The notes under the pieces are model-generated. The model ran no database searches, was not told the origin of the DNA, and saw only the letters and a list, made by a program, of their open reading frames with translations. From an uncultured Gemmatimonadales bacterium (lineage in GTDB: Bacteria > Gemmatimonadota > Gemmatimonadetes > Gemmatimonadales > GWC2-71-9): 64,000 nucleotides of DNA. Where the stretch lies: assembly GCA_963842945.1 (NCBI GenBank), contig CAWJIM010000019.1, forward strand, positions 32,001-96,000, in the 5' to 3' direction. How positions within the stretch are numbered: the first letter of the stretch is position 1; each line of letters opens with the position of its first letter. Made by a program: the position numbers and the translations under genes. Positions 22,811 through 35,898 of the stretch are shown here, one piece after another.

Positions 22811-23767
22811 CAGCGTAGCCACGGCCGCGGCGGTATACTCAAGGTAGTTGACCCTCCGCTGCGTGCACACTCCCGGATCGGTCCCGGGTCCAAGGCTCCC
22901 ATGAGTGCTCCCCCGTCGGCGATCTCTGATCACCAGCTCGGACTCGTCGTCGAGGCGATCTCCCCCCGCGACTGGCGGCCGCTCTCGCGGACCGCTACGT
23001 GCTGGAGCGCGAGCTGGGCCGCGGGGGCATGGCCACGGTGTACCTGGCCCAGGATCTTCGCCACCAGCGCGCGGTCGCGCTCAAGGTGCTGCATCCCGCC
23101 TTGGCTCAGGCGCTGGGGCCGGAGCGCTTCCTTCGCGAAATCCAGATCGCCGCCCGGCTCCAGCACGCCCACATCCTGCCGCTGTTCGACTCGGGCACCG
23201 CCGACGGGCTGCCCTACTACGCCATGCCCTACATCGAAGGCGAGTCGCTCCGGGCCCGGATGACCCGGGAGCGGCAGCTCGACCTCCCCGAGGCGCTGCG
23301 GATCAGCCGGGAGATCGCCGCCGCGCTGGGCCACGCCCATGCCCAGGGGATCGTGCACCGCGACATCAAGCCGGAGAATATCCTGCTCACCCGGGAGGGG
23401 AGCGTGCGGGTGGCCGACTTCGGCATCGCCCGGGCCGCGGCCGCCGCCGGGGTCGAGAAGCTGACCGAGACCGGGCTCTCGCTGGGCACGCCGGCCTACA
23501 TGAGCCCGGAGCAGGCCGCGGGGGACGACCAGCTGGATGGCCGCAGCGACCTCTACGCCCTGGGCTGTGTGCTCTACGAGATGCTGGCGGGCCAGCCCCC
23601 CTTCACCGGACGCACCGCGCAGGCGATCCTGGCCCGGCACGCCATCGATCCGGTGCCCAGCCTGCGCACGGTGCGCTCGACCGTCCCCCTGGCCCTGGAC
23701 CACGCCATCAGCACCGCCCTGGCCAAGGTGCCGGCCGACCGGTTCGCCACCGCGGGCGCGTTCGTCA
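22811..23767 (+). repeat. Direct repeat copy B: promoter/leader plus kinase domain
   Basis: Matches copies A and C; TATACT at 22834-22839; similarity stops abruptly after GAFV (~23767). Confidence 0.9.
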
Positions 23768-25946
23768 AGGCACTGTCGGCAAACGGAGCCACCGCGACTA
23801 CCACACTGGTCACGCCGGCAACCCGCCGCTCCACCCTACGCCGAGCCAGGGTACCGGTGGCGGCCGCGGTCCTGCTCGGAGTTGGAGCCGGTCGTGATCG
23901 GCGTACTGCAGTCTCGCCGAGGCGGGCCGACCGTCGTTCCATCCGCATCCACGATGGCGGTTCTGCCGTTTTCCCCTACGACCAGCGACAGCGCTCTGGT
24001 CCGGCTCGGGCGGGACCTCGCCAGTACAGTCAGCGCCAGCCTCGACGGGGTGGGCGAGATCCGCACCGTGGATCGCCTCACCGTCCTGGCCCAAGCTCCC
24101 GAAGGTGGGGCCACCCTCACCCTGAGCGAAGCCGCGGCGCTGGCCCGCCGGCTTGGCGCCACGAGTGTCGTGCACGGCAGCCTGGCCCGAGACGGTGCGC
24201 GAGTCCGGCTGGACGTGGGCCTCTTCACCACCGATAGCCTGGTGATGCTCGCCCGGCAGTCCGTTCTTGCGGCCCCGGAGAGCTTGAGCGCGCTCACCGA
24301 CTCCCTCGTGTGGAAGCTGCTCGGCGATATCTGGCGGCACGGCCGGCCGCCCACGCCGACGCTGGGAGCGATCACCACCCGGTCGGTGGACGCGCTCCGG
24401 GCCTATCTGGACGGCGAGCGCGAGTCGGTGAGGGGTAACCTCGAGGAGGCCCGTGCCGATTATGGCCGTGCCATCGCCGCCGACTCCAGCTTTTGGTTCG
24501 CCTACTTTCGCCAAGGCAACGTCGCCGGATGGGCCGAGGGAGACGTTGATTCGGCCACGGAGCATGCGTATTGGACCCACCGGCACTTGCTTCCTCAGCG
24601 CGAGCGAATGCTGATCGAGGCCGCCCGGCTGGACAGCGGCCTTTTCCGTCAGCGCGCACGGCTCGAAGATATCGTGCAACGGTACCCGGATTACTGGCCT
24701 GCCTGGTGGATGCTGGGCGATGCCCTGTCACATGTCTACGGGCACATCGGATCCAATGCTGCCGATACCCGAAGGGCGCTGGAGCGCGTGGTGGAGCTGA
24801 ATCCCAAGATGGTGTTGGCCTGGGAGCATCTTGCGTGGCTGGCCAGCGCGGTGGGGGACACCACGACAGAGGCCCGCGCGCTCGACATGCTCGAACGGTT
24901 GAGGTCAGGTCCGACGTTCTTAAAGAATGTGGGGAGAGACCAACTTTTGGGGTGGCGGACGACCCTCGCGCTCCAGCGACGAAGCCCCGCGGCTCGCCTA
25001 ATGCTCGACAGCCTGTACCAGGATATGGTGAAGCCAGATCGCGACCTGTTTGAGTCGGGGGTCATGATCCAAGCTGCCGGCTACCCGGCGGACCAGATCG
25101 AGATGAACCGCCGCTTGCTGCGTCACGGGGTTCCTCCGGAGGGGGCGCGCATCCTCACCTATCTGAACGCGATAGCCTGGGCCTCCCGCGGCGCCTGGGA
25201 CTCTGCGCTGGCCACGCGGGAACAGCTGGTGCGATCGCTAACGGACACGGTCGGGCTGCTCGACGTTTACCGCACAGCGGTGCTGGCGACGACGGTCGGC
25301 GCCTTGCCGGCGGATATAGCAGCCCGGAGGCGACCCGCCGCAGCGCGCCTGCTTCTGCTCAACGGCCCGGCATATCGGGCGGAGCTGGCCTGGCTGGATG
25401 GCGTGCTCGCCGCGGCGACTCTGGATACCGCGGGCCTCGTCGCCACGCGCGTCAGGCTTCGAGCGACAGGCGCCAAGTGGAGCGCGAGCCTCGACCGGTC
25501 GCTTGGCGCATTTGAATCGGCGTTGCGAGGGCATCGACGCTCCGCCGCCACGGCGATGGCGGCGCTCGAATGGGAGCTCGCCGATGGGAGTCCTTGGTTC
25601 GCCCGGGACCCTGAGACCCCGCATAAACTGCTCCGCGGCATCGACCGGATGGCCGCGGCCAAGTGGTTGTTGGCAGAGGGAGACAGCGCTCAGGCGGTGC
25701 GCCTGCTCTCCTGGTGCGAGACCTTTCCGCCTCTCGACGACAAAGTCCCGCTGGCTCCGCTGGCCTACCTGCTGCGTGCGAGCATCGAAGATGGCCATGG
25801 CGATGTGGCCGCAGCGCGCCGCGACTACGAGCAAGTTTCTGATGCTTTACGACATGCCGCCGCCCGCGCACCGCCACCTGGTCACGGAAGCACGGGCGGC
25901 GGTCGCCCGCCTTGGAGCCATACCGGTTCCTGCCCCAGAACGTTGA
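22901..25946 (+). CDS. Receptor-like Ser/Thr protein kinase 3 (frameshifts ~22950, ~23890, ~25835)
   Basis: Kinase domain (ORF 22999-), TM VPVAAAVLLGVGA/VVIGVL, MAVLPFSP..., TPR-like region, ending FLMLYDMPPPAHRHLVTEARAAVARLG. Confidence 0.85.
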
Positions 25947-25990
25947 CGGGTGCTGGGCGGTTTCACGCACGAGAGAATTAGGTCTCCCTT

Positions 25991-26966
25991 CAACGGAGCC
26001 ACCGCCAAGACGGTATACTCCGGTACTACCCTTCCGCTGTGTGCCACTCCCGGATCAGTCCCGGGTCCAAGGTTCCCATGAGTGCTCCCCCTTCGGGGAT
26101 CTCTGATCACCAGCTCCAATCGTCGTCGGGGGATCTCCCCCCGCGGCTGGCGGCCGCTCTCGCGGACCGCTACCTGCTGGAGCGCGAGCTGGGCCGGGGG
26201 GGCATGGCCACGGTGTACCTGGCCCAGGATCTTCGCCACCAGCGCGCGGTGGCGCTCAAGGTGCTCCATCCCGCCTTGGCTCAGGCGTTGGGGTCGGAGC
26301 GCTTCCTTCGCGAAATCCAAATCGCCGCCCGGCTCCAGCACGCCCACATCCTGCCGCTGTTCGACTCGGGCACCGCCGACGGGCTGCCCTACTACGCCAT
26401 GCCCTACATCGAAGGCGAGTCGCTCCGGGCCCGGATGACCCGGGAGCGGCAGCTCGACCTCCCCGAGGCGCTGCGGATCAGCCGGGAGATCGCCGCCGCG
26501 CTGGGCCACGCCCATGCCCAGGGGATCGTGCACCGCGACATCAAGCCGGAGAATATCCTGCTCACCCGGGAGGGGAGCGTGCGGGTGGCCGACTTCGGCA
26601 TCGCCCGGGCCGCGGCCGCCGCCGGGGTCGAGAAGCTGACCGAGACCGGGCTCTCGCTGGGCACGCCGGCCTACATGAGCCCGGAGCAGGCCGCGGGGGA
26701 CGACCAGCTGGATGGCCGCAGCGACCTCTACGCCCTGGGCTGTGTGCTCTACGAGATGCTGGCGGGCCAGCCCCCCTTCACCGGACGCACCGCGCAGGCG
26801 ATCCTGGCCCGGCACGCCATCGATCCGGTGCCCAGCCTGCGCACGGTGCGCTCGACCGTCCCCCTGGGCCTGGACCACGCCATCAGCACCGCCCTGGCCA
26901 AGGTGCCGGCCGACCGGTTCGCCACCGCGGGCGCATTCGTCAGCGCACTCGACCAAGCCGCGAGTG
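25991..26966 (+). repeat. Direct repeat copy C: promoter/leader plus kinase domain
   Basis: Matches copies A and B; TATACT at 26014-26019. Confidence 0.9.
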
Positions 26967-29119
26967 CCGCGCCAGCTCCACGTCCAAGTTCTCGATCACG
27001 TCCGCGGGGCCTCTTCGCGGGAGTGGCTGCAGCGGTCATTCTGGCGGTTGTCATCGGACTGGTGATGATGCGCCGGTCGCCAGCCTCAACTCGGTCAAAC
27101 CCGAAACTGGTGGTGGTCCTCCCGTTCCGGACCTCGGGAGCAAGCCCTGAGCTGGGCTGGCTGCACGAGGGCCTGGTGGACCTTCTGGCGGCCAAGCTCG
27201 AGGGCGGCGGAGAACTGCGCGCGGCTGAACCGACCTCGGTCCTGGGTGCATGGCGTCGAGTGGGTGGATCGGAAAGCACAGCGGTCCCCCAGGATGCCGC
27301 GCTCGAGATCGCGCGTAGCCTCGGTGCCGGTCGCCTGATCGATGGAAGCGTGGTGGGGACACCCGCACACCTGACGATCACGGCCTCACTGCTCACCACC
27401 TCTGGCGGACAGAGCGGTTCCCGCGCGAGCGCCGACGGGCCAGTTGATAGTCTCACGGTGTTGGTCGATCGGCTTGCGGGGCGCTTGCTCAGCCTCGATG
27501 CGGGAGTGGATCTCGCTCGACTTTCTACGACGAGCTCATCGCTCCCGGCGACCCGGGCTTTCCTGGCGGGCCGCGCGGCTTTTCGCAAGGGCGACATGGA
27601 TCAAGCCTTTCGGAGCTTCCGCGAAGCGACGGTTCTCGATTCGACCTTCGCGCTGGCTGCGCTCGAGCTGGTGCATGCGTCAGTGTGGGTCGGCGGGGCG
27701 TGGAGCGAGGATGCTCAGCGCGGCAAGCGCCTGGCGCAAGCCGGCCGGGACCGGCTCGGCCCCGGTGACCGGGCGTTGCTCGACGCGTGGGACATGGACG
27801 ACATCACCGGCCCCGGATGGATTCAGGCATGGCAGGCGGCCGCACAGGCTAATCCCGAGCGCGCCGAGACCTGGTACGAGCTCGGCGACGCGTACTTCCA
27901 TAATGCGGCGCTGGTCGGCCTGGACAACCCCTGCGGCTGGCGGCCGAGGCCTTCCAGCGAGGTTGGGCGATAGATTCGGCAAATGGCAGCGATGCTCTTG
28001 CGTCCGGAGAATTCGCCCATCGTCGCCGAGCCAGTCGCGCATATGGTGGAGATCGCGCAGATCAGGGGCGATAGCTGCGTCGGTGCGCCGGCTCGTGGCG
28101 CTACGGCTGGGCGCGGACTCGACCAGCGTGAACGGATGGTACCTGCGCTGGCATCGGGCGGTAGCGCTGGGGGACTCGGCGCGGCGCGCGTTCTGGGCCG
28201 ATTCCCAGAAAGTCGATCCACTCGCGTGGGGCCATATCTATGCGTTCATGACCTGGACCGGCGTGGGAACCCAGGATTTGCTTCGCGTGACGGACCAGGA
28301 CACTCGACACGTGGAGGCGGGTCACCCGGGCGACGATTTCGTCGTCCCATGCCTTGGCCCTCCTGAATGGTGGCCGGCCTCGGCGACGCGCGCCGACTCC
28401 TGACATACAGACGACACCTCCATGGAGAACCTCACTGGCGGGATTCACGAGTGCGCTCTACTGGGAAGGGGACACCACCGCGGCGGTTGATGCCGCCCGG
28501 CGGCTGGCGCCTGTCGCTGCCGGCCGCTCGCACGCCGTGGCCAAGCCAGGACGACCACAGATCCGGGCCATCTGCGCGCTCGGCGCCTGGCATGCCGCAC
28601 ATGGCGACTACGACTATGTTCAGGCAGCGATAAGAAGCCTCCGCCCGGCCAGTGACGCCGGGCTCTTGCCCAACGACTCCCTGCCTCCCGGCCAGTGGGC
28701 CGCGGTGACTCTGCTCTGCGCTGCTCGAGGCCACCCGAGCCAGCGCGCTCCACCTGCCCGATGCTCGCACCAAGCTCGCAAAGGCCGACGTGGCGGCCCG
28801 GACCTATATCCTCTCGGCTCCGATGGCCGCAAACCTGATCATCGCTCGCGTCGCGGAGGCCCAGGGTGACTTGGCGCTGGCGCTCCGAGCGGTGCGGCGG
28901 CGGGGAAGCGGGTTTGTGGCAAGTTTCCCGTTTTACCTCTCGACCTTCCTGCACGAGGAGGGCCGGCTCTCCGCACTCACCGGCGACACCGCCGGGGCGA
29001 TCCGAGCATACCAGCACTACCTTGCGCTCCGACCCAATCCCGAACCGGAAGTAAAGCCGGAAGTCGAACGCGTGCGTGGCGAGCTCGCTCATCTGGTCGG
29101 AGAACACCCGAAGAGGTAG
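26078..29119 (+). CDS. Receptor-like Ser/Thr protein kinase 4 (frameshifts in the 3' half)
   Basis: Intact kinase + TM (LFAGVAAAVILAVVIGLV) + VVVLPFRTSGASPEL in ORF 26039-27973; C-terminus HYLALRPNPEPEVKPEVERVRGELAHLVGEHPKR in ORF 28790-29119. Confidence 0.88.
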
Positions 29120-29228
29120 TACCAGAATCTCTCGGCTTTGTGCACTCTGCCGCGAGTAGTGGGTGATCAAGGTTGGTGAAGCGAAAGTGTGGCCTGAGCC
29201 TAGGGCACTGCGTCACAACCGGATCTAG

Positions 29229-29300
29229 CATACGGGCGGCGCAATAGAAATCGGCTAACAGCTCCGGCTGGGAAAAGTCGGGGATGCCGAGAAGGTGCTG
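29229..29300 (-). pseudogene. Truncated copy of the argF 5' end
   Basis: Translates QHLLGIPDFSQPELLADFYCAARM versus argF 6013-6084 RHFLSIPDFSQPELLAVFALAERM (17/24 identical, same length, no gaps). Confidence 0.85.
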
Positions 29301-29393
29301 CAGAAAAATGCGACCATGCTTGGCTCAGGATCCCACCGCCCGAGACCGAGCTTACGGACGGACCTTCCGGTGCAGAGTGAGCGGAGCCCCCGG

Positions 29394-29412
29394 GCTATGG
29401 CAATCGGAGCCG
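29394..29412 (-). repeat. Exact 19-bp copy of 6163-6181 (tail RLRLP* of the TolB/TPR gene)
   Basis: GCTATGGCAATCGGAGCCG at both sites; same order and similar spacing to the argF head (~80 vs ~95 bp). Confidence 0.85.
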
Positions 29413-29443
29413 GCGAGGGCCGAGCACGCGGAATTCGGTTGCT

Positions 29444-29809
29444 CTATGGGGCCCTCGCTGCGATCTCTCTCAGGTTCTCCTCGAAGTGTTCCTGTTGGAT
29501 TTCCTGCCACAACCCTTTCATCACCTCCTCGGCTCGAATGGCCATCTCTTCCCAGGAGAGAGACCCGGGGCCGGGATTGATGAACTCGTTGTCCTGGAGG
29601 ATGCGCTTCGCAAATGCTGGGTCGGCATCCGGCCAGTGTTCTCTCAGGGCCAGGCAGATGTACTTCAGCTTGCGGGAGAGGTCGAAGCAAAAAGTGGCGA
29701 GCATGTAAAACCGCTTGTCGACATCCTGCCCTACGGACTCGAGCTTCGGGGTGGCTCCCTTCGGGTGGTTATCCGTGCCGAGCGCGATGTTCGCGAGCGC
29801 TGTGGTCAT
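29444..29809 (-). CDS. Hypothetical protein, 121 aa
   Basis: ATG preceded by a strong AGGAGG RBS (29815-29820); protein-like composition; no family recognised. Confidence 0.7.
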   Translation of the reverse strand: MTTALANIALGTDNHPKGATPKLESVGQDVDKRFYMLATFCFDLSRKLKYICLALREHWPDADPAFAKRILQDNEFINPGPGSLSWEEMAIRAEEVMKGLWQEIQQEHFEENLREIAARAP

Positions 29810-29869
29810 TGTATCCTCCTAATTGGTGTGAAGTACAACCTGGCGATTGCCGCAGTTGTTCGTAGCGGC

Positions 29870-32658
29870 TCAGGGAGCAGACCTGCGCTCCAGCCGACCC
29901 ATCCGCGCCAGGTAAAGGACGTCGGTGATGGCCCAAGAGTTGGAGAATGAGTCCCTGCCAACGTCTGGTCTGCGCTGCGTTACCTTGCCTTCCAAGAAGC
30001 TCGGCAAGCAAGTACCGCTGGGGCCCCATGGCGGTAAGCGGAAAGTTCGCCGTCCACGGCTCGGCGATGCGGGACACCGCCGTCTGCAGCAAGTCTATCG
30101 CCCGGGTGGTATCTGCGGCGAGGAGCGCCAGACGGGCGCGAAGCGAGGCTCTGAAGTGTCTCCGGTCCCGGATCAGCGGGGCTTCCTCGAGGGGCTTGCT
30201 CGATCTGCCGCAGCAGTCCGGTCACCTCGGCGGAATCGCCGGCCAAGGTGGCAGCGGTCCACCAACGCATCGAAGCTCTCGCGGACTTCGTCCCAGTACG
30301 GGCGCCGGAAATCCGGAGATCGTCTCGCCTCCACTTGGCGCCTGGCCCAGTCATACATTGGTTTCGCGAGATCTGCCGTCGGGAAGCCGGCCAGCGCCGC
30401 CTGGACTATCCAGGCATCGAATGGCTCGTCTCCGGCAACTGCCTTCCATGCGCTCACCGCATCGATCGAGCGCCCCTGTGCGGCCAAGGCGACCAGACGG
30501 TACTGAGCCCCCCTGCGTCGATCGTCCGGGGTCCGGTTGGCCCCGAGGAGGAAGCCCGCAACCGTATCGGCCAGCGCAGGGTCCCGTCCTCCATGCATAG
30601 CCGAGATGACTACCTGCGCCAGTGCAGGTCGCTCCACCGTCCCAAGGCGGCTCAAGGCGGCCGATCTCTCCTGTGCCGGACCGAACTGAATCGTGACGAG
30701 CGCCTTCCGCATAGGGCGCCAGGGATCGTCCACCCGCAAATGTCCTGAGGTACCGTTCCGCGGCACGCCCATCACCTTGCTGCAGCGCAAGCTCCAGCAG
30801 GTGGTCGTACACGGGGGCGAAGCTGCTGTCCAGGGCTGCAACCCGATCGAACGCGGCTCGGGCGTCCACCGGTGAGTGGGCGGCAAACGCACCGAAATGG
30901 AAGAGTGCCTCGCCCAGGCCATACCAGGCATCTATGTCGGTATTGTCATCGAGGACGGCGTCCTGGAAAGCTGCGATCGCACTGGCCCCATAGCCGAGTA
31001 CAAATTGTCGCTGTGCCTTCAGGCGACCGAGCGACTGCCGATCCAGGTGGCCGCCCCGCGCCAGCCCGGCGTCGACGGCAGCGAGGGCTGAGGTATCATC
31101 GTGCTGCAAGGTCTGTATTACGCTCAGACGATGGTAGGCGAGCCCACAGTTTGAATCGGCGTTGATCGCGGACCGAATCGCGGCCGCAGCGGCCTCCAGA
31201 TCGCCCAGACTGAACCGGGAATAAGCCTGCAGCAGCTGGCCGGCGGCCGTTGCCGAACTGGTGCCCGCCAAGATGGCTCTGCTGGCCCCCAAGTCGAGCC
31301 TCTCCCGGCGCACCAGCACGTTGAGTGACTGAATGGCCAGCCGTCCTACGGGGACATCCAGTGCCGTTCCGGGCGTGCTGTCTACTGCTCTCATTATCCG
31401 CTCCCCGTCAACGGCCGAGTACAGCTCGACGCTTACTCGCGTGCCGCCCACGAGTGGGATGCTAGACCCAGTGAGCAAGTAACGCCCCCCCAACTTTCTG
31501 GCACCGCGCAGAAGCTCTGGGAGGGGAACTGCCTGGGAGCCATGCCCTGCCCTTGCCAACTGACTCCCATCGATCGGCTGTAGACCAGGAATCCACTGCA
31601 GCGCATCCGCCAGGAGCAGATCAGGCGCCGGCTCACGCTTTCCCGACGGTTCGGCCGCCGGGACTCTCTGAAAAGGGATGATTACGACACCAAGCTGAGA
31701 ACGGCCGACTCACCGACCCCCGCAGGCTGACCACCAACACCACCGCCAGCAACAGGAGAGCAGCAACACCTCCGGCCACGAGCCACCGAGTTGAAGGAAG
31801 GTTCGCAATCGTTCGCCGAGTACGTGGTTCCTCTATGGTTAACGCTCGAGCGAAGTCCTGTGCTCGCTGGAAACGGTCGGCAGGAACTTTCTCCAGGGCC
31901 CGTCTGACTGCGTGCAGAACCCTGTCCGGCACATTCGGGCGTACTGTTTCCAGGCTGGGAGGAGGCTGTCGAAGATGCTTTGCGGCAACCGATTGAGCCG
32001 ACGGTCCCGTGAAAGGTGGCTCTCCAGCTAACATCTCGAAGAGGACGCATCCCAGACTGTAGATATCGCTCCGGCCGTCCACCTGATCGCTGCCCGTGGA
32101 TTGCTCCGGACTCATGTATGCCGGAGTGCCTACCGCCAACCCTGATGAGCTCACGTCATCTGCCGCGGCATGAATGGCACGAGCTAAACCAAAGTCAGCG
32201 ATCACCGCCCGACCGGCTTCCAGCAAGATGTTGCCCGGCTTGATGTCGCGATGGACCACGTCCTCCTGGTGGGCGTAGTCAAGTGCTTCCGCCACTTCGC
32301 GGGCGATATTGACGGCTTCGCTCACGGGGAGTGGGCCTTCGCGGCGGATGCGCTCACGCAGACTTTCTCCAGCCACATGCGGCATTACGTAGAAGACCAG
32401 TCCGTCGGATGTGCCAGAATCGTACAGCGGAAGGATGTTTGGATGGGTCAGCCGGGAGGCAATGCGGATCTCGCGAAGAAACCGGGCGTAGCCGATTGAC
32501 TCTGCGAGATCCGGGCGAAGGACTTTAATTGCTACCGAGCGGTTGTGCTTGAGGTCGCGAGCAAGGTAGACAGTGGCCATTCCTCCGCGGCCGAGCTCAC
32601 AATCGATCGCGTAGCGTTCCGCCAGAACGCTCCGTAAGCGTTCGACCGTGTCGATCAT
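29870..32658 (-). CDS. Receptor-like Ser/Thr protein kinase 5 (multiple frameshifts)
   Basis: ELGRGGMATVYLA, HRDIKPGN, DFG, GTPAYMSPEQ; TM WLVAGGVAALLLLAVVLVV; TPR-like pieces; ends FSNSWAITDVLYLARMGRLERRSAP*. Confidence 0.85.
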
Positions 32659-32790
32659 GACTGGAAAACCTTGGTGCTTGAGAGACTAACATACGGCCAG
32701 GGCTCGGGGCGGGCTAGACTGCTCTACACCCTTAGTCGTGTAGTGTAAGGGAGGCCGGTGTTCGGGAGAAGCTAGTGCAGTCCCTTGGTT

Positions 32791-34294
<1,504 letters not shown>

Positions 34295-34306
34295 GCTTAA
34301 AGGTAC

Positions 34307-34418
34307 AGCGTGAGCGGGACTAGGGCTTGCCCTGAGCTCCGGGAAGCGGACGAGGCTGGCTCTGAGCGGTAGGTCGGCATCCTGGCGCCGCTCCTGCTCA
34401 CCGCTTACCGCTCACGCT
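34307..34418. repeat. REP/MITE-like palindromic element, same family as 5073-5193
   Basis: Perfect 11-bp terminal inverted repeat AGCGTGAGCGG...CCGCTCACGCT; contains the hslV stop codon. Confidence 0.7.
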
Positions 34419-34963
34419 TTCTTCCCATCACCCGGCAATTCCAGGATGGTGACATTGCGGTTGGTAAAGACGCAGATGTCAGCCGCGATTTCCATGGAAC
34501 GCTGAACGATGTCGCGGGCCGAGTGACTGGGCTCGGGCAGCAGAGCGCGGGCGGCGGCGAGGGCAAAGTTGCCGCCTGAACCGATCGCCACGATCCCGTC
34601 GTCGGGCTCGATCAGCTCTCCCGCCCCACTCAGCAGGAAGCTGTGCTCCAGGTCGGCCACTACCAGGAGTGCCTCCAGACGTCGGAGTACCCGGTCGCTC
34701 CGCCAGTCCTTGGCCAGCTCGACCGCGGCGCGGGGCAGATTTCCCGGATAGCGGTCGAGCTTCTCCTCGAATTTCTCATAGAGGGTCAAAGCATCGGCCA
34801 CCGACCCGGCAAACCCGGCGAGCACCTTCCCGCCCTTGAGCGCGCGCACCTTGTTGGATTGCGACTTCACCACCGTCTCCCCGATGCTTACCTGGCCATC
34901 GCCGCCGAGCGCGACTCGGCCGTTTTTCCGAACCCCGAGGATCGTGGTGCCGTGGAATCGCAT
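34412..34963 (-). CDS. hslV: ATP-dependent protease peptidase subunit HslV
   Basis: HGTTILGV (catalytic Thr), [39 protein letters not shown]. Confidence 0.95.
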   Translation of the reverse strand: MRFHGTTILGVRKNGRVALGGDGQVSIGETVVKSQSNKVRALKGGKVLAGFAGSVADALTLYEKFEEKLDRYPGNLPRAAVELAKDWRSDRVLRRLEALLVVADLEHSFLLSGAGELIEPDDGIVAIGSGGNFALAAARALLPEPSHSARDIVQRSMEIAADICVFTNRNVTILELPGDGKKA

Positions 34964-34973
34964 GGTCGTTCCC

Positions 34974-35882
34974 TTACGCTCGCGGATGCGCCTGATTGTA
35001 GACCTTCTTCAGTCGCTCCACGCTCGTGTGGGTGTAGATCTGGGTGGTGCTCAACGATGCGTGGCCCAGCAGCTCCTGGACCGCCCGCAGGTCCGCTCCC
35101 GCATCGAGCATGTGGGTGGCGAAGGTGTGGCGAAGCGAGTGGACTCGGAGTCCGTCGCCGCCGATCCCGTCCAGCAAACGATGCACGATTCGCTGGATCC
35201 CGCGCGGGCCCAGGCGTTTTCCCCGCCGGCTCACGAACACCGCGCGGCGGTCTCCCCCAGTGCGAGCCACTGCGTCTTGGCGGAGTTGAAGATAGCGCCT
35301 GAGCGCGAGCACGGCCCGCGATCCTACCGGGACGATCCGCTCCTTCCGGCCTTTCCCTCTCACCTTCAGCTGATCGGAGAGAAGATCGAGGTCCTCCAGG
35401 TTCATGCCGCTCAGCTCGGAGAGGCGGATACCGGTGGAGTAGAAGAGCTCGAGGATGGCCAGATCTCTGGTGGGGCCCAGCTCGTCGCCTGCGGCCCTCG
35501 ATTCGGCCCACTCGAAGAGCCGCTCGGTCTGACCGCGGTCGAGATATCCCGGCAGACGCTTCTCCAACTTCGGCACTCGGGCTGCTCGCGCGATGTTGTT
35601 GGGGACCCCGTGATGTTCCTGGAGAAACCGGTAGAAGCTCCGCACCGCCGACAGGGCCCGGGCGGCGCTCCGCTTGGAAAGGCCTTTCCGCTGCAGCTCG
35701 CCGAGGAACCCCCTGAGCCCCAATCGATCCACCGTCTCCCATTTCCAGCTTCCGTAGTGCCGGTCGCAGAAATCGGAGAACGCATCCAGATCCCGCCCGT
35801 ACGCCTTTACCGTGTGGGGCGAGACGTCACGTTCCTTCTCGAGATACATCAGATATTCGCTAACTTCGCGCCGCAGAGACAT
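34974..35882 (-). CDS. xerC: Tyrosine recombinase XerC
   Basis: [60 protein letters not shown]; trmFO-xerC-hslVU context. Confidence 0.9.
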   Translation of the reverse strand: MSLRREVSEYLMYLEKERDVSPHTVKAYGRDLDAFSDFCDRHYGSWKWETVDRLGLRGFLGELQRKGLSKRSAARALSAVRSFYRFLQEHHGVPNNIARAARVPKLEKRLPGYLDRGQTERLFEWAESRAAGDELGPTRDLAILELFYSTGIRLSELSGMNLEDLDLLSDQLKVRGKGRKERIVPVGSRAVLALRRYLQLRQDAVARTGGDRRAVFVSRRGKRLGPRGIQRIVHRLLDGIGGDGLRVHSLRHTFATHMLDAGADLRAVQELLGHASLSTTQIYTHTSVERLKKVYNQAHPRA

Positions 35883-35898
35883 TGAGTTCCGGTCGGTG

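Noticed and set aside
12199..26966. Kinase direct repeats as IS elements or a composite transposon
   Set aside because: They encode Hanks kinase domains, with no transposase, terminal inverted repeats or target duplications.
34974..35882. Tyrosine recombinase as the integrase of the kinase island
   Set aside because: It lies in the topA-trmFO-xerC-hslV-hslU housekeeping run and looks like chromosomal XerC; no dif-like site was recognised at the island borders. A trans role is not excluded but has no support here.
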